DNA of 64,000 nucleotides, from NCBI RefSeq assembly GCF_030144855.1, contig NC_082731.1:24862001-24926000 (forward strand), in the 5' to 3' direction. Shown here one piece after another: positions 1-10,680 of this stretch. The position numbers and the translations under genes are program-made. The DNA comes from Hypanus sabinus (Eukaryota). A model generated the notes under the pieces. The model was given only the letters and a program-made list of their open reading frames with translations. It was not told where the DNA came from and made no database searches. Positions within the stretch are counted from its first letter, which is position 1. Every line of letters begins with the position of its first letter.

Positions 1-1635
1 CAAGTTCTACTGCTGCAACAAGACCGGGACCTTGCTATGTTGTTTGGAACCATCTCTGTGTGCAAGCCTTCTCTAGGTAGGTCGGGCAGTTTGCCACTAC
101 CTTGTGCTTGGAACTGTTTCGCTGTGTTCTGTGTACGAGACCCGGCCCTACGTCCTGCTCCCAAGGAGGCATACCAGCTCTGTGTCCCATTTCTCTGTGC
201 TCCGGTTCTCTCAATATCAAGGCTCTATATTCATGTTCAGCCAAGACAAAGTCTCAGTGTTCCTGTTATGCAAAGACCATGTCGTTGTGTTTCCTGTTCT
301 CCCAAGACCAAGTCAAGACTTCGGTCTCTCCACCTGTCCTTGTGCCTCGCATATTTCAGGAGGACATTGTCCTGTCCAGGAAAACCTCGAATAATCAAAG
401 TCTCGTCCAGCCCTGTAGATACGATATCTGTTCGCCCAGTTCTGGAGTCCGAACCCGAGTCAAGACTCAGCTTCTGGGTCCCTGTCCACTCTCTGGCTCG
501 GAGTCCACACCCAAGCCTCGAGGAAACTATATCTCGCCTAGTCCGGCAGCTAGGCCTTGAGGAACCCAAGCCATGTCCAGTCCTGCAGCCACGTAATGCC
601 CTCGCCTAGAACCGATGTCCAAGCCCAAGCCAAGTCCCAGGTTCTGGATCCCTGTCCAGTCTCTGGCTCGGAGTCCAAGCCTAAGCTCAAAGTCCCCAGT
701 CTCTTGTCATGGTTCACCTTTCCCAGCCAAAGTTCCAGTCCAAGTCTGTGTTCCTGTCCCACCTTTTGTCCAGTCCGCTTCCGGGTACTTTAATGTCTGT
801 GTCTTGCATTTGGGTCCGTTCCCAACACCCACCCTAAGACAGAACAGTCCAGCCAAGAATATACCTAGCGACACAATACTGCCGTATTACTCTCGCTATA
901 CTTGATTCAGTTTCATTTGTTTGACTGTTCACTTAACTTCCCTTCCCTTCACCTTCCTCCTGAATTCTAACCTGCAAAGTCGCCTGCATGCTCGTTTGTG
1001 TCACTGTCTGTTTCTACCGCCGGAGCAAGTCCGGAGCATTGCTGTGTCCAGATAAGGAAACGTCTATCGATGTTTGGAGCTGTCTCCGTGTCCACGGCTT
1101 TACTAGACAGCTCCGGCTGATTGCCACTCCCTTGTGTTGGGAACCGTCTCTGTGTTCACGCTTTCGTTAGTTAGGTCCGGCCGTTTGTTGCTACCTTGAG
1201 TTTGGAGCAGTCTCCTTTACACCGCCTTCGCTACTAAGCTAGTTAGGTCCGGGAATAAATTGTATTGGGAATCGTCACTATGTCCAAAACTTCGCTAGGT
1301 AGGTCCGAGCGTTTGCTGCAACCTTGTGTTGGGAACTGCTTCTCTGTATTCCGTGTACGAGACACAGCTCTAAATCCTGCTCCCTCAGAGCGGTCCTGAC
1401 TCTGTAAAGCTCTGTAAAGCACCGTCCCTGTTCCCAGTGAATGGTGTCGGCTCTGTTTTCCTGTTCTACCAAGAACAAGGATCTGTGCTCCTGTTCTCCC
1501 AGGACCAAGTCTCTGTGTTGCTGCTGCACCAAGACAAATTTCCTGCGTTCCTGTTCTACCAAGACCAAGTCTCTGTTTCCTTGTTCTACCAATACCAAGC
1601 CTCTGTGCTTCCTGTTCTCCCAAGATCAAGTCAAG
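1..1635 (+). repeat. Tandem-repeat-rich LTR-like sequence (probable Ty3/Gypsy LTR fragments)
   Basis: Blocks at ~75-330 and ~1285-1635 are mutually similar. About six ~30-bp units (TTCTACCAAGACCAAGTCTCTGTGTTCCTG-like) lie at ~1455-1630. An LTR-like end ...CCCTAAGACA at 841 is followed by GAACAGTCCAGCCAAG, which resembles the start of the internal region of fish Gypsy elements. The ORFs here are repeat-derived. Confidence 0.45.
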
Positions 1636-2429
1636 GCTTACAAACGCCTACCTATTACAACCTTACATTATACAAGCTGTATGCAGTTTTAGAGTCAGAA
1701 AAATCACAAATAATATTACACGCTATTAGAAATAGGGCAATACAAATTTGCAGTTGGGGTACAATAATGGAGGATAGACAAGGAAGAACAATTAACTTTA
1801 CAGATACAGCTATTCTAACTACACATAGCCTGCAGAAATCAACAACGAATCCAAACCAGAATTATGCTATACTTAAGTAGGAGATTGAAAGACATTGGAA
1901 CATGAATAGGTATTCATAGTCTCGATTGTAAAATCTACAACTGGTTTCATCCAAAATGCAGTACACAGTAGCATTGAACAACTAAGAACAATATGCATGT
2001 AAGTCTTCTGAAAGCCACAGCAGTAAGCACCACGGGAATAGTTGAAAATTTAATAAACTAAGATTGAAGTGCACTTGTCTAAGCTTTTACCTTACGCTTT
2101 ACCAGCTTGTGCTGCGAAAATATATATTATAATTAAATATTTATATTAATAATATAGAGTGCCTTATTTTTACAAATATTTGAAGCAGATTGCAGGTTTT
2201 AGTATCAGTTCAGAGTTGTGTTCCTATTCTGCGGACTTTGCTGATAATGCCAGCAATTTTGTTGAGTGTACAGAGGAAACATTTTCGCAATATTAGTGAG
2301 ACTACAATCTGAGTTTATCGGACACATTACTTCGCAAATAAAGGGCAGGAAACGTAAACAACATTGTGTAGCTGTTTTCCTACACTCACTGATTCCATAT
2401 CTGTTTCTCATTAATTAAAAAGACGAGGC

Positions 2430-2684
2430 ATTACACCGTTGGCGTTAAAACAGTCAGAATGGAGCTCTCTCCTTAATTGCAAAGTACTTGAGTGGAAAAT
2501 GAACCGTAGCAATTGTTCATAAAATCTGACGCTTTCTCGCACAACAGATAATTCAGGAACAGTGCCGCAATTGAATAATGCTGGAACATGAACCGGCAGA
2601 GGTGTCTCTGTCCAGTTCGGAAAAATAACCTACCAAAGTAGTCTATCTGGCCGTCATGCCAATCTGATGCTCGGAGAGGAAACG
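2430..2684 (+). promoter_or_regulatory. Upstream/promoter block of the pseudo NAR-TCR V, homologous to 23760-23994
   Basis: Aligns by eye to the region upstream of the intact leader (ACTTGAGTGGAAA; CTGACG; GTCTCTGTCCAGTTCGGAAAAATAA vs GTATCTGCCCTGTTCTGAAGAATAA). Confidence 0.55.
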
Positions 2685-3180
2685 GTCAACTTTCCCTTGA
2701 ATGTCACGCTCTGCCTTGCATTTGCTATGAGTACCGTTCACAACATTCCACAATATGCTAGTTAAATATGAAATTGAAAGGACAGATTCAGAATTTTCAT
2801 GAAGTCATGGCATTAGGGATCTTGCGTTTTTTTTTCATCTAATGCCGTCTCGCTTCTCCTTATTCTTAATTCCTAGCCATCGCCAGCCAGTCCATGACCC
2901 AGAGCTCGACGAAGGTGACGAAAAGTGTATTCAAGTCTCTCATCATAACATGCAGTTTGCTAAATAGACAGATAGTCATAATAAATTCGGAAGCCTATCA
3001 TTCTGTAAATGGACAACGGTAGACACGGCGGGGGAAACGTGGTGGGAGGAATATTTACTGCGAAAAAGGTCGCAGACCTTTTACCTTTTAAAAGACTTTT
3101 ACCCTGAAAGGTATGAATCTTGAAATTTATGACTGCGCCGCCTATTTCTATAAAGCTGAATATAAATGTTGCCCATAAAG
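2685..3180 (+). pseudogene. NAR-TCR V pseudogene (decayed leader 2685-2727, V exon 2877-3173, destroyed heptamer 3174-3180)
   Basis: Leader GTCAACTTTCCCTTGAATGTCACGCTCTGC aligns with the intact ATGAACTTTCTCTTGTATGTCACGCTGTGC, but the ATG and the donor G are lost. The V reads QSMTQSSTKVTKSVFKSLIITC, hits TAG at 3020-3022, and ends FTLKGMNLEIYDCAAYFYKAEYK (second canonical Cys changed to Tyr). The heptamer is CATAAAG where the paralog has CACAGAG. Confidence 0.85.
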
Positions 3181-3522
3181 CTTGAAAGGGATTCCCACCG
3201 TACTCATACACTAGCTGAACAATCTTCCAGCGCCTTCTGAAACAGCAGAGAAAATCTTCCGGTAACTCCACGAGGTAGTTTGCCTGCGATCGATACTGCC
3301 TAATATGTAATATAATTTGAAATTTACTATTCATACGCTCGTTGATTTCTATTATGAATTTGCATTGATGAAACCATCTTTTCCAAGTATTGTGTAATGA
3401 GCAGCAACTGAGAATTCCTTCTCCCCCTTCCAATCCCTTTCTTCAGATGGGTCCTTCGTCCCATAGCCTGGAAGACTGAATAGCAATTGGGAAGCTGTTG
3501 TCTGCATTTAGACCCTGTTCTG

Positions 3523-3592
3523 CGATTTAAATCTGACATGAAACATTGTGAATATTCGGATGCACACAACGGAGGATAATCGTACACAATGC
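3523..3592 (+). other. NAR-TCR D segment (3551-3564) of the pseudo-cassette with 12/12 RSS
   Basis: CATTGTG (3544-3550), D AATATTCGGATGCA, CACAACG (3565-3571), 12-bp spacer, ACACAATGC (3584-3592). Flanks are homologous to the D at 24839. Confidence 0.8.
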
Positions 3593-3940
3593 TGTGACCT
3601 GATAAAGTATTAGCTCTGGAGTAGAGAAATAAAATCAGATGTTATTTTGCTTTCCTGCTGTAATCTGGTGAATTAAATTTACTTTGCTCATTTCAGGAAT
3701 TTTTCGATATCATTTGCTGCAGTTTCGGGAACCGACGTTCGAAAAAGTATGAAGTGACCATTTTACAGTGGTTTCTCATTCAAAAGTCACTTTACAGGGC
3801 TTTTCGGAACAGCAAACGTTGTTGTTGATGCCTTAATATTCTGAAATGTTTTTACATTGTCCAATAGTATCTGCGGAGTAGATTGAGTTGAAGATGACTT
3901 TTCATATCAGTAAGACTGTGAGTTGGATTACGGTGACTGA

Positions 3941-3999
3941 CGCTGTAACTCTCTTTGTAGTTTGAAGCTCGTCCATGGTCAGTGTCACAGAGGGTAAAT
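3941..3999 (+). pseudogene. NAR-TCR J pseudogene (3948-3993)
   Basis: GTCAGTGTCACAGAGG|GTAAATATCTGAACAGG matches the intact J end GTCACTGTCACAGTCG|GTGAGTATCTGAACAGG. The GxG motif is disrupted by an apparent 1-nt loss and the heptamer is degenerate (CGCTGTA). Confidence 0.75.
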
Positions 4000-5254
4000 A
4001 TCTGAACAGGCCAATTTTAAAAGTCCTCTCTTTAATGCGCCTGAAATATATTTTTTCTGAAGATATCAAGTTTGTTTGAGATGTCGGAGATAGAAGACAA
4101 AAGATTTGGTTTGGTGACGAATAAAACCTTTAGAATGCCAGGCATGACTTCGTTTTACGAAAGACACAATTAAAGTGAAAGGAGCCCAGTTTTGTGTCTA
4201 TGCATTGCCAAAAAAGCCTCAAGCTTTTATTTGGTTAGAGCGGTTATTTGTGTTGCCAGCAGGGTGTTTTTGGGAGAACAGAAGAAATGCTGAACTTGTG
4301 TCTACATGCAGCCCATCAACTTTGACGCAACCGATTAAGAATGTCATGTGCTGAGTCACGCTGTCGGTCCGCAGTAAATGCCTGCGGAAGATGGAGAAAT
4401 AAGTCAGTTTTGCATGAAAAATCCACAGATGCAATTAGTCTGGGGACACCACGAGTTGTCATTGAGCGTAACACCAATGCGTAAACATGCATTAACAGAC
4501 AGAATGCGTGAGAAACCTTTAAGATTTCATATGCTGCAAAAGTAAAACAAAGTGTATCAGGGAAATAAAAAAAAGCATATGAAATTTACTGAAGTAAAAC
4601 GGGGGATCATCTGTCACCTCGATGGGGAAACATGAGAAAATCTCCAGATGGCAGATACACAAGCAACACACACAAAATGCAAGAGGAACTCCACAATCCA
4701 AGCAGCGTCGATGATTAATCTGATGAGATGTTTCTGCCCGAAGCATCACCTGTTTATTTCTTTCCATAGATGCTGTCAGGATTGTTACTTCAAATTTGAG
4801 GGTGTGGTACATCTAACGGTTACGGCTTTTAATCTGTGTTGCATTAAATTTAACAACGGACCCACAAGTGGCATCCCAAACATGGAAAATCATTCCCTTA
4901 CAATCATGAGAGAAATAAATGATTTTTACACAATTGAACAGGATATACCTCCATCTTTCCCGTGTCGGATCTAGGTGATTGTTTCATAAACGTTCTACAT
5001 TTAATTTTGTTATTTCCACGAAGTGGCACAATTTTCAGAATTTCCAGGTAGTATTTTTTTTTTCTCGTGCAACATCTACCAATTAAATCTCCACCGCAGC
5101 AAGTCGATGGAATAATTCCCACGGGCAAAAAACAAACAAACAAGCAAACATATTGCACATTGTAAACGGAAACATGCATTACCTATTCCAATGGGTTGCC
5201 GACTCAGTGACACCAGTAAAGTAATAACTGTGCCCCTTTTTGCAATTCCTTCAG

Positions 5255-5571
5255 ATCCCTCTAACGGAGGTGTCCAAGAGTCTGCCTGTACAATCTTATT
5301 ATTCCGATGACGTTGTCACATTTACTTGCTAAAAATTCGGGTCTGTAATACTCTGTACTGGAACCGGTAACTCCAAGCACAGCCTCCAAAATGCAGTTCC
5401 AGGGCATATCTCTGGAGATCGGAATCAGAACCGCGCTGTCGAGGAACACCTCTACGGTTCTTTGGGGAAAGTCAGCAAGTCAAGTTGTTGTAAGTTACCG
5501 ATACCGGGTTGTACCAACGTGTCGGCGAAGAGCACAGTGATATACAGGAGGAAGTGAAATGAACAACAGCC
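5255..5571 (+). pseudogene. TRDV: Supporting TCR delta V pseudogene with near-intact 23-RSS
   Basis: Acceptor TTCAG at 5250-5254. The exon is colinear with 26659-26964 but has frameshifts and stops (VTFTC*; LYWNR*). RSS: CACAGTG 5533-5539, 23-bp spacer, ACAACAGCC 5563-5571. Confidence 0.85.
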
Positions 5572-6949
5572 ACAATGTGGAAGATTACGCAGCGTTTCAG
5601 AAAACGAAGTGTGCTCTCGCAAAGCGTGGGAGCACCAAGACTGCAGAGAAGAGACCTAGATGCCTGCAATAACCTCTCTGGTTCTATAAGACTAAAATTA
5701 CGTCTTCAGCTGAACTGTATTCAATCATCTTTGCGCAGTCTGAAAATGGGAAAACGCACTGCTACTTGCATGTCGACACTGTTGCCCTCTTTTGGTTCTG
5801 GTTAATTACTCCATCAGCTGCAACTGGAGCAAATATATTGTGGCTAGCCTTCGGTCCATGACAACATACGAGAAATTGTTTTTAAACTGTACCTCAACTG
5901 ACGTCGTTACTGCGACACGTACAAAAACTGACCGGGTGCTATAACCCTGGGAACGTTCTCCTTCAGTCACATATAGACATTGAGGGGGGATCATTGCATA
6001 CCCCAGTTATAGTCAGGGTGCTCCTGAATCTCCCAAGTGAATAGCTGTACATCCCAGGCTACGTTTTAAGCCTAATTGACATCTACACCCCACGATAATA
6101 CAACGAAAACTTCAACACAAGAAAATAAATAGTGCTAGCCAATAGGAATGCTGATAAGAGCTGTCGATCGCACCCCTTAGCACCACAATATGCCGACAGA
6201 AATCACGAATACAAATATGCTTATGAAATTGACTATTACTTAGAGAATGAACACATAGCGATAAGCACACCGAGTGAATGTTTTGCATGACAAAAATATT
6301 CGTATTAATTGGACACTGCTCATGTTACAAGCAGTTACAATAAATATCGCATCTCTGTAATTTTCCTTCACAGAAATGGAAACGATATGAATCAGAATGG
6401 AAGGTCTGAGTAAAATGTTGTTCGGATCCGGCGGCTGCTGGATCCACGAGCTTACAGACATGTTGAACAAAGAAGATAGGTATTTTTCTTCTGTAACAAG
6501 ACAAATATGTAGTGCATAATTCGACTTCAATTTGAGCATAATTCCACCTATTTCCACCTCCGGTATCATTTTTTGTATCATGAACAAAAGAGGAATAAGC
6601 AGTCTGATTCAAAAATATTGTCTAGTCTATATCTGGGCATATCCCACAGCCCATGAGTAACGTAAATTTATTTAGGACAAAAGCGATAAATTTCCTCTTA
6701 AGCAGCAATTATTGAAATATGTTCCTTCATATATTTCTTGAAGAGAACATGCATACATGGACTGCAATCTTACAAATAGACCGATAATTGAATAAGATCA
6801 AGACAATTATGTACTTTTTCCTGAAAAGTGTAAGAAAAATAGAAAACCTACAACACAAAACACGCCCTTCGGCACATATTTTATTCGGCACACTATTTTA
6901 TAATAGCTAAACTATCTAACAAAACAGTCACGTATGCATAGTATTGTTT

Positions 6950-7330
6950 AATATATCCTCTGGAATGTTCTACTATCTCTGGCATGAATTTCCAGGCCCT
7001 CACAATTCAGTGTGTAGAAAAATAAAGAAATCACTCTTCTGATATCTGCGCTACAATTCCGTCCAGACATCATAAAGTGAAGAATTGTTGTTAACTGTCG
7101 AACAGCGGCACTACAAATTGAAAAGTTCCAGTTTGCTCAGAATTCCACTTAAGGGATTTCCTAATCTAGGAGGCCTCATGGTAAATCTTCTGAACTCTCT
7201 CACTCAACCTTCCATATCCTCTCATTCATGAGGCGGACAGAATATAGCAGAGTTATCACAGTGTTGCAAAACCGGATCATTGCAGAGGTTTAGGATCTTC
7301 TTGTCGAGATTGCCAAGATTTCTCAGTACC
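6950..7330 (-). mobile_element. Highly degenerate CR1-type LINE 3' remnant
   Basis: Resembles the reverse-strand CR1 3' segments at 29012-29500 (TTCCAGGCCCTCACAATTCAGTGTGTAGAAAAA). Confidence 0.45.
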
Positions 7331-8039
7331 TCTGAACCGCTGAGAATTCTCTTAATAACCAAGTACTCAGATTTCAATTACGATCTTCTAATGTTCGTTA
7401 TTTCACATTTTCATTTCTTTTTTAAAAGTAAGTTCTTATTTTCCATTCATCTTCTACCTCCTGTTTATGTCCCTGTGAAAAGTCTCAACTTTATTCTGGG
7501 TACCCAATTCTACCAATATTTATGCTGCTTTTCTACTTTCACATCCAAGTCACGGGATGTCTTATTTTCGGAAGATTTATGCCTCTGAATCTCCACTTTC
7601 CCGCTGCTGGAAGTATCCTCCGCACGTCCCCTGTGCTCAGTCTATTTTATGTGCGTTACGTTACAGTGAGATTAGTATTATTGTTCTGCTCCTGCGAGCC
7701 ATAAAATGTTCCACACACAATAACTATTTTATTCCCGGAGACATTCTAATAGTCTCTACTTTTCTACTTTGAAAACCTGCAGAGCGTTCTCTAGGACAGT
7801 GTGTAAAAACAATTCAAAACTCCAAATATAGAGCGATGTACACCTGTTATATACGCCGCAGAATGAGACTCACATTTGGACAGTGTTTGAGCTGCGAGAG
7901 GGAGAGGGAGAGCGAAAGAGGTGGAATTTATTTGACGGACATTCGATGATATGGCTTCCCTGCAGCGTGTATTGAATATACAAGAATGCACAGACACGCA
8001 CAGTCAGAGTCAAGATTATTTTTTTTTTCCATTCGGCTA

Positions 8040-8722
8040 CGAAAGTGCGATTGTCAATTAATTAATCCGCAGAAGTGTGCTCACTGGTGAGTGGAAAACC
8101 TTTTTGAATACCACGTTTCTGTGTTACCTTTTGTTTGGTTGTGGTACTTCTATGAATAAATGCATCCCTGTGGCAAATCACTGTTGAATTTATTTTGTAT
8201 GTCGTGGAACTGAATAACTGGCTACAACGTTGTGTGCGATTGGGGTAACCACGTGGATTTCACTGGTGTGTTGACCCTTGACTAGATAGTAGAACCTTGA
8301 AGATGGTTCACTAAGTGATAAGCTAAAGTCAGTGATACTACATGTGTGAAGTGGAACAACTTTGGAGATAAAACCTACTGATGTTGTTATTTGGTATTGC
8401 TGTCATTGTATTTGTGGAATATCGATAGAATTGCCTTCTCACGGCATTCGCTGGATTACAGACATTTTGCATTAATTAACCTGTGTATCTGAACTGAACT
8501 TTCTTACATACCATCGTAAGACTGCATCACTTACCTCCTCATCTTGAAGAAGTTTGGAAATATTTCTATTTACACCTATATAATAATAACTGCGTTATTT
8601 ACCTGGTTTGATTTACTATATGACGTAGTTACTAATAAAGTAGTGTTCCATTAACAGCAAAACCAGACTTCAGGTGTGTTCTATTGTTGCAGATACTTTT
8701 ACAGGGTTGTGTGTACGTGACA
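8040..8722 (+). mobile_element. Probable solo or partial LTR
   Basis: Ends in AATAAAGTAGT...GTGTGTACGTGACA (polyA signal followed by a CA terminus). The 5' boundary and a TSD were not identified. Confidence 0.4.
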
Positions 8723-9807
8723 CCCCTGATAAATACACAGAACGATACCACTGTTTATCTATTTAACTCTTTGCAATCGAATTTACCTTATTTTGTACTG
8801 ACTGAATCCTTAAGTAACTGTATCCGAATCACGCACGATCCCTATCTTGCTTGATTAAGCCTCCATTTCTCGAATTCCTGTTTAGAATATAGACATTGAC
8901 ATTGTTTCTGCGACCAAATTACATGGCCGTATAGCTTCCGACTGCATGTTACATCTGCTATTTCTAGGCTTTTGTCGTAACGTCCTTGTTCTTGTGAATG
9001 TTCCCTGCTCACTGCTTCCCCAGCAGTAACTAACACCTCAGCTGTATTTGCATCATGCGCAACTTCGGCAAAAAAGCCATCTATTCTGTTGTAAATAGCA
9101 TGGAAATTTGTGCACCCAACAGGGAAGGATGCGCTTGGAAGTGGGTTCCCTTTGGAGGTGGCGTCTGTTACGGAGAATTATCTGTTGGACTCGGAGGCTG
9201 GTGGGGTGGTAGGTGAGGATAAGGGGAGCCCTATCTTCAGTAAGCTCTCCTTGCTGGCACTTATTCTTCTGAGCTCTCCTTCCTGGCACTTATCCTTGTA
9301 AGCACGTATGATTCCTTCTCCCCCTTTCTGCTTTGCGCAAGGATCGGTCCCTACGCGATTCCCGTGTCCATTGTCCATTCATCCACCCACAATTCCTTAC
9401 CTCTGATCTCACTCCTATCTTTGTAAGCGGAACCAGAGCTACACCTGCCCTTACACTTCCTCCCTCACCACCATCCAGGGTGCCAGACAGTCCATCAAAG
9501 TGAGACGTCACATTACCTGTGATTCAGCTGGTGTGGTGTACTGCGTCTGGTGCTCCCGGTGCGGCTTGTTTATATATTGGTGACTCCCTACGTAACTGGG
9601 AGACCATTTCGCTGAACAGCTACGTTCTGTCCGCCATGGAAAGCAGGATCTCCCATTAGCCATACATTTTAATTCTACGCCCCATTCCCATTCTGATATG
9701 TCTATCGATGGCCTCCTCTATTGTCAAGATGAAACCACAATTAGGTTGGAGGAACAAAAGCTTATATGCCGTCTGGTTAACTTCCCAGCGGATTCCATGA
9801 ACATAAA

Positions 9808-10680
9808 TGTTACGTATTCAGGCAACAATGAATATATGAATTAAGCAAGGGTTTTTCATAACAAGCAAAACTTTAATTAAGCACTGAAAACAAACCCCCC
9901 AAAAGTAAACGAAAACTAACGTAACCGGAAATCAGCTGTTGTGTGGCAGCTTAAACAGTTCTTAAAGCGATGCAGCTCAAACAGTTCTTAAAGCGATGTT
10001 GCAAAAACAGTTCTTTTAAGTAGGATTGCCACAAGTTCAAAATGCTCAGTGTTCATTTCAGGGAGAGACTTTTAAAGACGTTTTAAATTCACCTTCACGT
10101 CGTTTTCTTTCGATCCCCGACGTCGAACTTTTCCCACGAAGAATTTACGAAACGAAAAGGCTTAAAGGCACTGACCTTTTCTTTATCACACTGTCCTGTA
10201 TCTTCTGCTATCACACAGAAGTTAACACGAGAAAAGTCAACGAATACCATTCAAATAAGGATTAAACAAGGTCGAACCCATTCCATCGTCGAAAAACATT
10301 CTCCTCGATCTTTAATTCCCGAACTCCGATCTTCACTCTCCACTGATTTCTCAACTAGTAGTATTGTAAAGAAACTGCTGGGAATGACCTTTTAAACTTT
10401 AGGCATTAGATAAAAACATCATCCTTCAACGAAAGTGCGTCATTACATTAAATCACGCAGTGGTATGAAGTCATCTTGGCAAATCCAGCCACAAACTGCC
10501 CCTCCTCACAGGGTGGTGTCTTCCTTTTATAACCTTTAAAAAAAAACCTGTCACATGATCTCTACTGGCGGGAAAATGACAACACATCACCATCAGAAGA
10601 CCATTACCTCAAGTGCAGGATAGCTTCAACCCCCGTCACGTGACAAGGGTACCACTGTCATGTGTCACGAGTACGTAACA
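9808..10680 (-). repeat. 3' LTR of the Gypsy element
   Basis: TG...CA with 9-bp inverted termini. Contains three copies of an AAACAGTTCTTAAAGCGATG-like unit. Similar along its length to 14835-15706. Confidence 0.95.

Noticed and set aside
1455-1630. Regular ~30-bp repeats as a possible CRISPR array
   Set aside because: Units are head-to-tail with no unique spacers, in a eukaryotic context. This is a minisatellite.
5921-5929. Nonamer-like ACAAAAACT (paralog ACAAAAACA at 27418-27426)
   Set aside because: No heptamer 12 or 23 bp upstream in either copy.
6240-6612. Minus-strand ORFs with WIQQPP and DIYC resembling an inverted V
   Set aside because: The motifs are in different frames, there is no first Cys at the right spacing, and no RSS. 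The plus-strand exon-like stretch 6374-6479 has stops in all three frames.
7200-7330. CACAGTG at 7257-7263 and a minus-strand DNSAIFC motif
   Set aside because: Lies within a decayed CR1 3' remnant and has no nonamer at 12 or 23 bp.
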